Made by a program: the position numbers and the translations under genes
The notes under the pieces: model-generated
The model's input: only the letters and a program-made list of their open reading frames with translations
The model's database searches: none
What the model was told of the DNA's origin: nothing
From: Antedon mediterranea
Taxonomy: Eukaryota; Animalia; Echinodermata
Assembly (NCBI RefSeq): GCF_964355755.1
Contig: NC_092674.1
Location: forward strand, 19,530,001-19,594,000
Length of the DNA: 64,000 nucleotides
Direction of reading: 5' to 3'
Part shown: piece by piece, positions 41,078 through 48,951 of the stretch
How the letters are laid out: every line of letters starts with the position of its first letter
How positions within the stretch are numbered: the stretch's first letter is position 1

Positions 41078-41367
41078 CATTCTTAACAATGAACTCTAAA
41101 TCAAATTATTTGTTTACCGACGTCATTTACAATTTATTTGTATTCTTTTATTTTCACGATTATTCTAATTACTTGCAATTATTTTTAAAAGTATTTGTAT
41201 TCCGAATGTATGTAAACTATATTTACAATTGTACTATATTTGATTCGTGCGGTGTGTTAATAAAAAATATTGTTTGATAATTTACAAAAAAAAAAAAAAT
41301 GTTGTTGTTCTTTTTTTAAAAGTAATGTTTTATGTGTGAGTGTTTCATTTCAACGAGTGAGAGAGTT

Positions 41368-42426
41368 ATGGACAGACTATTAAGTTCTACGTACTACGAC
41401 CCAAAAAACCCTGGTAGTTTCGGGGGTGTCGATCGACTTTATACAAACGTGAAAAATGACTCTAATATTTCAAAGACTGACGTTCAAGACTGGTTAGAAA
41501 AACAAGATACGTACACTCTTCATAAACCTATTCAAAGACGTTTTCAGAGAAACAGGGTGTTTGTTACAGCTATTGACGAGCAGTGGGAATTGGATCTCGT
41601 TGACTTGTCTTCTTTAAAAAAGTATAATAAACAAAACACGTTTCTTATTACGTGTATAGACGTACTTAGTAAATATGCATGGGTTTTACCTATAAAGAAT
41701 AAATCTGCCGGTTCTATGCTTACTGCTATGAAAAAACTATTATCTGGAAAAAGAAAGCCATTAAAAATTCACACTGATAAAGGTACAGAGTTTACTAATC
41801 GTAAAGTTCAAGCGCTCCTAAAATCGTTGAATATACATTTTTTCACTACCAATAACGAAACAAAAGCTAGCGTCGTGGAAAGATTCAATAGATCGTTGAA
41901 AACTAGGATGTGGAGATACTTTACATCAAAAGCTACTCGAAAATATATAGACGTACTTCCAAAATTGGTATCGAGTTACAATAATTCTAAACACAGATCA
42001 ATCGGTATGGCGCCCTCACAGGTTACAAAAGATAACGAACATGAAGTTTGGGAAAATCTGTATAAAATGAAGCAAAAGAAACAAGTTCGGCCCAAGTTCA
42101 AAGAGGGTAATAAAGTGCGAATAAGTAGATACAAAATGCCTTTCGAGAAAGGTTACCTGGCAAACTGGACGGAGGAGATATTTAGGATACGTAAGCGTAC
42201 CGGTTCGACCGTTCCCACATATAAACTGGAGGATTGGGACGGCGAAATCATAGAAGGTACTTTTTACGAAAAGGAATTGCAAAAAGTATCCAAAAGCGAC
42301 AAGGATACGTATCGCGTGGAAGAAGTAATAAAGAAAAGAAAAGGAGGAGGGAAAACGGAATATTTCGTTAAGTGGTTAGGTTATCCAGCCAAGTTCAACA
42401 GTTGGGTTCAGAATATTGCCCGGTAA
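41368..42426 (+). CDS. Retroviral-like (RVE/DDE) integrase with C-terminal chromodomain
   Basis: YYDPKNPGSFGG, YTLHKP, WELDLVD, HTDKGTEF, ASVVERFNRSLK; chromo YRVEEV..EYFVKWLGY..NSW. Start may be 41332 or 41368. Confidence 0.95.
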   Translation: MDRLLSSTYYDPKNPGSFGGVDRLYTNVKNDSNISKTDVQDWLEKQDTYTLHKPIQRRFQRNRVFVTAIDEQWELDLVDLSSLKKYNKQNTFLITCIDVLSKYAWVLPIKNKSAGSMLTAMKKLLSGKRKPLKIHTDKGTEFTNRKVQALLKSLNIHFFTTNNETKASVVERFNRSLKTRMWRYFTSKATRKYIDVLPKLVSSYNNSKHRSIGMAPSQVTKDNEHEVWENLYKMKQKKQVRPKFKEGNKVRISRYKMPFEKGYLANWTEEIFRIRKRTGSTVPTYKLEDWDGEIIEGTFYEKELQKVSKSDKDTYRVEEVIKKRKGGGKTEYFVKWLGYPAKFNSWVQNIAR

Positions 42427-42431
42427 ACATC

Positions 42432-43208
42432 ATGACGGCTCAGTTTTACGTCCTCTTACCTAGCAACAGTTCCATGAACTGTTTTCCCGAAAATACTCTT
42501 ACGAGATACACGACCAAGCTGGCGGAGCCTATTCATTTGTACGGTGAATGGGAGGTTGGTTTAAGCGAAATTTATTATCCCCACACGTGGTATAACGTCG
42601 ACGATACCAACAATAAATTGCTGGTGAATATAAACGATAACGAATTAGAAGAAGAAGACTCGTCGATCGAAATAGCTATAGCCCCAGGGTTTTATTCAAC
42701 CGGAGGTAAAGTGATTGATGCTCTTAACGAGGTTTTGGTTTCAAAGTCGTTACAGTCCAAAGTGAGATTTCGGTTCAGCTCAATTAAAGAAGTGATTAAC
42801 GTGGAAACCGCCAAAGAAGCATCAGTTACGCTATTAAATGGATTACCCATATTACTCGGTATGGACGAATCATCGATTCCCCGAGGATCTATTACACACG
42901 GTTCTAGACCCGCGTACATTCATCACAGAGTGCCGACGTTGTTTTTGTACACCGATATAATCGAATCTCAACGAGTTGGAGACGCGAGCGTCCCTATTTT
43001 GAAAGCGCTACAAACCAGAGAATCAAACATGAAGAAAAATGTCGGACATACGTTTGCTAGTCCGCAATACAAAAGGGTGGTGAAAAAAGATATCGATACC
43101 ATCCTTATAGATATAAGAAACGACACGGGAGAAAAGGTATCATTTCAACGAGGAAGGGTTCTCGCTAAACTACATTTCAGACAGGCCAGATCGTCGTACC
43201 TCGTTTAA
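42432..43208 (+). CDS. Minor capsid protein (penton, single jelly-roll)
   Basis: FYVLLPSNSSM..FPENT..YTTKL..L.GEWEVGLSEI.YP N-terminus and LYTDIIE..VGD..P.L..P.Y..I.I.I....G..V.F..G....LHF C-terminus typical of Polinton minor capsids. First ATG at 42432. Confidence 0.85.
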   Translation: MTAQFYVLLPSNSSMNCFPENTLTRYTTKLAEPIHLYGEWEVGLSEIYYPHTWYNVDDTNNKLLVNINDNELEEEDSSIEIAIAPGFYSTGGKVIDALNEVLVSKSLQSKVRFRFSSIKEVINVETAKEASVTLLNGLPILLGMDESSIPRGSITHGSRPAYIHHRVPTLFLYTDIIESQRVGDASVPILKALQTRESNMKKNVGHTFASPQYKRVVKKDIDTILIDIRNDTGEKVSFQRGRVLAKLHFRQARSSYLV

Positions 43209-43234
43209 AAAAAAACAACAACAAATAAATAAAG

Positions 43235-43621
43235 ATGGGGGCAGATGATTACGAAGATTACTACGTCAGACAGGCTGGAGGTATCGACATACCGGTGTTC
43301 CAAGGGTCGTACAAGCAAAGAGGGTTCGGGTTGGGAGGTATCTTGTCCGGTCTCTTTAAACAGGCTGTACCGCTGCTAAAGAAAGGTGCAAAGGCTCTCG
43401 GAAAACAAGCATTGCGCACGGGTGGCGAATTAGTGGGAGATGTTCTGAGCGGTAAAAACGTTAAACAAGCTGCAAAACGCAGATTTACTCAGGCGGGTCA
43501 ACGTATCGTTTCCCAAAATGGTAACGGTAGGGTGAATAAAAAGAGAAAACGTAAGCGTAAAGGCATCAGTCGATCGAACGCAAAGAGAGTAAGAAGATCC
43601 TCCGATATATTCGATATCTAA
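43235..43621 (+). CDS. Small basic virion/core protein with amphipathic helix (128 aa)
   Basis: YY..QAGG, QRGFGLGGILSGLFKQAVPLLKKGAKALGKQAL, QNGNG and an Arg/Lys-rich tail; lies between penton and MCP. Confidence 0.75.
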   Translation: MGADDYEDYYVRQAGGIDIPVFQGSYKQRGFGLGGILSGLFKQAVPLLKKGAKALGKQALRTGGELVGDVLSGKNVKQAAKRRFTQAGQRIVSQNGNGRVNKKRKRKRKGISRSNAKRVRRSSDIFDI

Positions 43622-43624
43622 AAA

Positions 43625-44947
43625 ATGGCTTTTGTACACAATCACTCGTGCGAGTGTTTAAAATCGGAATTGGACTTGTTTTCTGTACCGCCGACACAGA
43701 CTAGTATAACCAAAGGACAATGGGTGCAATATCACCCTTTCAACAGCATCACCGACGTGGGCCCCTTGCAATTCAACATACAAGGGTCTAGCGAGGAATA
43801 CATGGATTTGTCGCAGACGATGCTTAATGTTAAACTAAAAATTACTAAACAAGACGGAACCGATCTCCAGCCCGCCGATCCGGTAGGCCCTGCCAATTTA
43901 CTTTTGCAATCATTGTTTAGCGAAGTTGACGTTTCTTTGAACGAGAGATTGATTACCCCTTCGACAAATACTTATTCGTATAGGGCATTAATTGAAACAT
44001 TACTGACTTATGGATCCGATGCCAAGAATACACACCTCACGGGTGGGTTGTTTCATAAAGACACGGCCGGTAAAATGGATGTAGCTGACCCTACGCTAGC
44101 CGAAAATGCGGTGAATAAAGGTCTTAAAAAACGGGCTCAATACATTGGCGGTAGTCGTTTTGTCGACTTGATTGGACCTATTCATTGCGATATATTTTTC
44201 CAAGATCGGATGATGCTCAACGGTGTAGATGTCAAAATTAAACTGCATCGAAGTAAAAACGCATTTAGTCTCATGTCTTCAGATGCCGCGGCCGGTTTTA
44301 AGATCCGCCTGGAAGACGCGTCCTTGTTTGTTCGCAAGGTCCGCCTGAACCCGTCTATCGCGCTAGCCCACGCAAAAGCTCTGGAACGCGGTCCGGCCAA
44401 ATACCCGCTGCGTCGCGTTGAGGTCAAGACATTAACTATACCGCGCGGGAATCTATCGTTTACGAGGGAATCGCTGTACAACGGTAATCTACCGAAACGT
44501 CTGGTTGTAGGACTGGTGACCACCGAAGCATTCAACGGTAGCTACGAGAAGAACCCCTACAATTTTCAACATTTCAACACCAATTTCCTGGCTCTATATA
44601 TTGACGGTGAGCAAGTACCGTGGAAACCGTTAAAACCAACGTTCGAAGACGGAGGCAACTACATGCTGGCGTATCAGAGTCTATTTTCGGGTTCTAACAC
44701 TTTGTTCCAGGATACCGGAAATCAGATTTCTAGAGACGATTATCCTAAAGGCTATTCGTTGTTTGCTTTTGACCTGACTCCCGATTTGGCAAATGCCGGA
44801 CATTTTAATCTAATTCGGCAAGGAAATATACGTTTAGAAATTCAGTTTTCTACGGCTTTGACCGAGACCATCAACATTTTAGTTTATTCAGAATTTGATT
44901 CAATCATAGAAATTGACAAGTCTCGTAACGTAATTATAGATTTTTAA
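43625..44947 (+). CDS. Major capsid protein (double jelly-roll, hexon-like; 440 aa)
   Basis: KSELDLFSVPPTQTSI, P.N....SLF, Y.YRA.IE.LL, G.LPKRLVVG, F.G....NP.NF, Y..GY.LFAFDL motifs typical of Polinton MCP. Confidence 0.92.
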   Translation: MAFVHNHSCECLKSELDLFSVPPTQTSITKGQWVQYHPFNSITDVGPLQFNIQGSSEEYMDLSQTMLNVKLKITKQDGTDLQPADPVGPANLLLQSLFSEVDVSLNERLITPSTNTYSYRALIETLLTYGSDAKNTHLTGGLFHKDTAGKMDVADPTLAENAVNKGLKKRAQYIGGSRFVDLIGPIHCDIFFQDRMMLNGVDVKIKLHRSKNAFSLMSSDAAAGFKIRLEDASLFVRKVRLNPSIALAHAKALERGPAKYPLRRVEVKTLTIPRGNLSFTRESLYNGNLPKRLVVGLVTTEAFNGSYEKNPYNFQHFNTNFLALYIDGEQVPWKPLKPTFEDGGNYMLAYQSLFSGSNTLFQDTGNQISRDDYPKGYSLFAFDLTPDLANAGHFNLIRQGNIRLEIQFSTALTETINILVYSEFDSIIEIDKSRNVIIDF

Positions 44948-44949
44948 TT

Positions 44950-45474
44950 ATGAACACGATACAACTATTGAGGTTAATTAAATCAGATCCGTTGGCTATT
45001 GGATACTTTCGAGGGGTGTACCCGTCTGACTTGTTACCTTTAGGGCATACGGGATATCCTAGAGCTTACATAGCAAACGTTGAGCCTAGCAATCAAAACG
45101 GTTCGCATTGGGTAGCTTTCTTTTTTAACAACTTAAACAAAGGTGAATTTTTCGATTCTTTTGGGAACCCCCCAAATTACTATAGTAATCATTTTGTTAA
45201 TTTTCTCGATAACTCTGTAGAAAGTTGGACATTTAACGATAAAGCGTTACAAGCGCCCTTGTCTACGGTATGCGGACAGTATTGTATTTTTTATATTCTT
45301 CATAAATGTAGAAGAGTGGATACGTCCACGATAGTAAATATGTTTGGTAAAGATAAACCATCCAATGATTGGTTCGTCAATGATTTTGTAAAACGTCGAT
45401 ACGATGTTAACTTACCCGTATACGATAGTGAATATATTAAAGTACAATTTGTCAAAATGTTATTGAATGCGTAG
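44950..45474 (+). CDS. Adenain-like maturation cysteine protease (174 aa)
   Basis: GSHWVA (His), FFDSFG (Asp), LQ (oxyanion Gln), CGQYC (Cys). AATAAA follows at ~45478. Confidence 0.92.
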   Translation: MNTIQLLRLIKSDPLAIGYFRGVYPSDLLPLGHTGYPRAYIANVEPSNQNGSHWVAFFFNNLNKGEFFDSFGNPPNYYSNHFVNFLDNSVESWTFNDKALQAPLSTVCGQYCIFYILHKCRRVDTSTIVNMFGKDKPSNDWFVNDFVKRRYDVNLPVYDSEYIKVQFVKMLLNA

Positions 45475-45613
45475 TAAATAAAAATTGTTTTTTTTTTAAA
45501 ATGGATATGTTTTGGACGTTTTATTTATCGAACGACTACAACAACAAATTAGAGTTTATTTCTTTTTTTATTCAACTCCTTTCCTCATTATAGTACATAA
45601 AGATTAATGTTTT

Positions 45614-46384
45614 TTAAAAATTTAACCATTTAGGTTTAGGTTGTCTAGTTGAACGCCTCTTGGCAGGCGCTCGAAAGGTAAGTTTTTCATCCTCATCATC
45701 ATCGTCATCGAGGTCATAATCCTCCTCATTCTTTCGTTTAGGTAGTGCGTGAGGAGGTGTACCGCTCGATTTAATTCTTTGTAAGGTACGACGTCTCGTC
45801 GGATTTCCAATCAAACTTTCTGGGGTGTTCAATTTCGCCAATACCGTTATAAAATCCCTCCAGCCTATAGGTTCAAATCCTTTCTTTTCTTGTATTATAT
45901 CTTTAGTCAAATCTAGTAAATTACTCCCCTTTACCATTTGTCCTTCGATTAGTAGTTCACCGTATCTTGACCAATCAATTACTCCCATCTTCCGGTAACG
46001 GTCTAGTCGGTCCAGAAATGTTTTTGTTTTGGATTTCAACGATGAGGGCATACTTTGTAGTATTTCTTTAGATATAGAGTCCGTATAATCTTCTTTAGAT
46101 TCTGCGCCATTTTCGTTTATTTCAACGTTCCCCGTTTGTTGTACGTTCAAGCTCATAGGTGAAGGGTTATTTACGGGTTTCTCTTTATTTAAATATCGTT
46201 GAAGTACTTGATTGTACATGGTAATTTTATCGTAATCGTGCAAGTCATCCCTTTCGAGTATACCCTTCATAGAATTATCTAAACCAGAAGTGATTGTCTC
46301 GTGATTTTTCTCGTAACGTTTACTGTACAGAGCCGTATTTGCCAGTTCTTGGGGTATCAATACCATTTTCTTGGTGTGCTGCAT
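45614..46384 (-). CDS. Polinton uncharacterised protein (256 aa)
   Basis: Open ORF; KKMVLIP start, GSNLLDL..EPIGW..F..L..NTPESLIGN core, acidic and basic tail. ATG overlaps the upstream stop (TAATG). Confidence 0.75.
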   Translation of the reverse strand: MQHTKKMVLIPQELANTALYSKRYEKNHETITSGLDNSMKGILERDDLHDYDKITMYNQVLQRYLNKEKPVNNPSPMSLNVQQTGNVEINENGAESKEDYTDSISKEILQSMPSSLKSKTKTFLDRLDRYRKMGVIDWSRYGELLIEGQMVKGSNLLDLTKDIIQEKKGFEPIGWRDFITVLAKLNTPESLIGNPTRRRTLQRIKSSGTPPHALPKRKNEEDYDLDDDDDEDEKLTFRAPAKRRSTRQPKPKWLNF

Positions 46385-46710
46385 TATTTCAAAAGTAAAC
46401 TACCCAATGTTTGTAGAATCGGTTGTAATATAAGACCGAGGAAGCCGCCCTTTTGAATAAGTAAACGTTTTCTCTTGAGAGGCGAAATGCTTTTATTGGT
46501 AATATCGCGCATGTGTTTCTTGTACCGAGCCAACTTCTTCTTGTGAGCGTTGGATACTTGCACTCGACCTTTTAAAACATTCATTGCGCATTCGCACAAA
46601 GCCGTCACCAGTTGATCGTCCGCGTTATCCAAGATAATTTTTCTTTGACGCGGTGAACAGTGGGCTAGGAAACGAATAGTTTCAGCGTTCTTTTTGATAC
46701 GTTTCGACAT
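46384..46710 (-). CDS. Small basic Polinton protein (108 aa) with C-terminal QKGG-amphipathic helix
   Basis: MSKRIKKNA..LCECAMNVLKG..LLIQKGGFLGLILQPILQTLGSLLLK. The ATG at 46710 is preferred over the overlapping 46782 start. Confidence 0.75.
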   Translation of the reverse strand: MSKRIKKNAETIRFLAHCSPRQRKIILDNADDQLVTALCECAMNVLKGRVQVSNAHKKKLARYKKHMRDITNKSISPLKRKRLLIQKGGFLGLILQPILQTLGSLLLK

Positions 46711-46759
46711 GATGTTGGTAAATAGGTAAATGAATAAATAGAACGGTACAGGCTGCGTT

Positions 46760-47395
46760 TTATATTCTAGGCACGTAAACAAAGTGATTGGTTTTTGAAA
46801 ATATGTTACTTCTAACCCTCATTTCCTCAGGGGTATTTGCTTTTAGATCGATTAAAAGAAAACCGTACGGTACGCGGGTAGCGTCTTCAAAAGCCTCCTG
46901 TAAAAAACGTCCTTTACCGGGGTACATTTGTTTAGATAGATTAGCTATTTGTGATTTATCCCGAGGGTTTTTAAATAGTATTATGTAGTGAGCGTTTAAA
47001 GTGATGGTGCGGATTTCTTTAGAACCGTAAAAAAAGTTTTGCATAATGAATATAACCGAAATGTTTCTATGATGCGATCCCTTTGTAAACATGTTTACTA
47101 CTCTTTTATCGCGGCTACACTCGGTCATTAAATCATCGATGATTACTAAATGGTTTTTTGACGGTTCCATCGTTTCTATCGAATCCATAGGTATCCCCTC
47201 TATAAATTTAATGTTGTTAATAGACCCGCTCAGTTCGGTGAAAAGGGGCTGATATTCCCCATAACACCACGTGATGTCATCGAACGGCTTGTCGAAATAA
47301 TTACTTTCCAATAACTGCTTCACGAAATATGATTTTCCCGATGAGGTCGGTCCGCTAATTACGGCGGTGAAGGGGGTTACCAGTACACATGTCAT
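46760..47395 (-). CDS. Genome-packaging ATPase (A32/FtsK-HerA family)
   Basis: Walker A GPTSSGKS, Walker B LVIIDD, GSHHRNISV..Q, LFKNPRD, YGFLLID..R.R. ATG 47395 preceded by a TATA-like TTATAAAA on the minus strand. Confidence 0.92.
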   Translation of the reverse strand: MTCVLVTPFTAVISGPTSSGKSYFVKQLLESNYFDKPFDDITWCYGEYQPLFTELSGSINNIKFIEGIPMDSIETMEPSKNHLVIIDDLMTECSRDKRVVNMFTKGSHHRNISVIFIMQNFFYGSKEIRTITLNAHYIILFKNPRDKSQIANLSKQMYPGKGRFLQEAFEDATRVPYGFLLIDLKANTPEEMRVRSNIFSKTNHFVYVPRI

Positions 47396-47628
47396 CTTCA
47401 GTTTCAATGAGTCATAGCTTTTGTATATCGGTATTTTATAACGAGGGGGGTTCCTTATCCACATCACTCTATTTTAAAAACTGTCAACTAATGAAAGAGA
47501 GAGAGAGGGCCGATATTATAAACCAATAGGAGCTTAATAATGATAATTACGTTAACAAATGATTGTATATCAAAACCTAAAAAATCAATTCCAACGTCAT
47601 TAGCGTCTGTATACTAGTAGAGAGAGAA
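47396..47628. promoter_or_regulatory. Divergent intergenic/promoter region between ATPase and Bcl-2-like genes
   Basis: Head-to-head ORFs; TATA-like element at ~47434-47441 (minus) and CCAAT at ~47523. Function inferred. Confidence 0.45.
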
Positions 47629-48031
47629 ATGGCAGATTTGGAAAAACTGACTCTATCGTACATTGAATATAAATTAACGGGGGTAGTTGTGTGGGACTCC
47701 CCAATCCTTTATAGTACTATTCGCCTTTGTAACGAGGTGGAGAAAAAGTATGGTTTGATTGCCTTGTGTAAAGACATTACTACGGAGACGTTGGATAGTG
47801 TGTTGAAAGAAATGATGATAGACCAAAATATACACGTCGGTAGACTCGTGACAGGAATTTCAGTGTGCGCACGTGTTGCGATGCAGTGTGATACTGATTT
47901 AGAATTAGAAATCGTTAAACGCGTATCCTGCGAATTTGTGAAGGAAAAGTTTTCTTTATTAGAACTTTGTAACGACAGTGATTTGGTAAGTAAATTTCTT
48001 TTTCTTGTTATTCTCATTTTAGTAATTAAGT

Positions 48032-48092
<61 letters not shown>

Positions 48093-48153
48093 GGAACTTG
48101 TTCTGTGTAGTAAGAAGCTAGGAATTAACAGAGCATGGTACTTGATCGACTGA
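47629..48153 (+). CDS. Viral Bcl-2-like protein, two exons (47629-47985, 48094-48153; hydrophobic tail would continue to 48198)
   Basis: BH4-like LTLSYIEYKL, BH3-like IRLCNEVEKKY, BH1-like VLKEMMIDQNIHVGRLVT. Donor TTG|GTAAGT at 47986, poly-T tract and TAG acceptor at 48093 (phase 0). Exon 2 ELVLCSKKLGINRAWYLID*LVGICIALLEQTVW*. AATAAA at ~48208. Confidence 0.75.
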
Positions 48154-48439
48154 CTAGTAGGCATTTGTATAGCCTTGCTGGAACAAACTGTTTGGTGACA
48201 TTGGATAAATAAAATATTTAAACAAGGAAGAGGAGAGATTACAATATTTATATTGGATAGGATAAAATAAAAATACAGTCAACACTACGCATGTCTTTTG
48301 TTGTTGTTGTTGTCGTCGTCATCGTCGTCGTCTACGTTAAGAAACAGACAAGTATATAATATTATAAACAAGTACGGTGTATACATTTATTTCTCGTAAA
48401 ACAAAATTATGATAAAGAAAATAATTATTTACAAAAATA

Positions 48440-48830
48440 AATTTGAAACGGTAACGATATAAGAATTCAAAAGGAAAAAATATTTAAATTAAAATTACAA
48501 AATATATTTACTTTATCTACAAAAAATAGAAACGGTATCGACTTTATAAACTTTATAAACAAAATTGAAAATGTATAAAAAATATTTACATTAAAACTTG
48601 AAATATAATTTGCTTAAACTACAAAAAAGGAAACGGTAACGACATAAGAATTCAAATGTAAAAAAATATTTAAATTAAAAATACAAAATATATTTACTTA
48701 ATCTACTAACAGAGAAACGGTACCGACTTTATAAACAAAATTAAAAGAAAATTTGATTAAAAACATGTATAAAAATATTTACATTAAAACTACAAATATA
48801 ATTTGCTTAAGCTACAAAAAAGAAAACGAA
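48440..48830. repeat. AT-rich imperfect duplication (~185-bp period) between the convergent Bcl-2-like and pPolB 3' ends
   Basis: GAAACGGTAACGA.ATAAGAATTCAAA at ~48445 and ~48630; AGAAACGGTA.CGACTTTATAAAC and AAAAATATTTACATTAAAACT each occur twice. Confidence 0.75.
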
Positions 48831-48951
48831 TTTATAAAGGAAATTGAGTGCATGAAATTACATAAAAAGTAACAATTAATTATTTATATATAAAAAAAAA
48901 AAAGTAAGTTATATTTTAAAAGAAAAAAGAGATGAAATTTATTGCAGTGAT

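Noticed and set aside
47709-48164. Poly-Lys ORF (-) and poly-Phe tail of ORF 47629-48093 (+)
   Set aside because: Both come from the intronic poly-T tract, whose length may also be a sequencing artefact.
48250-48355. Possible minus-strand exon (acceptor TTAACGTAG followed by GAC/AAC repeats) downstream of pPolB
   Set aside because: No matching donor identified, pPolB already has AATAAA right after its stop, and a simple trinucleotide repeat explains it.
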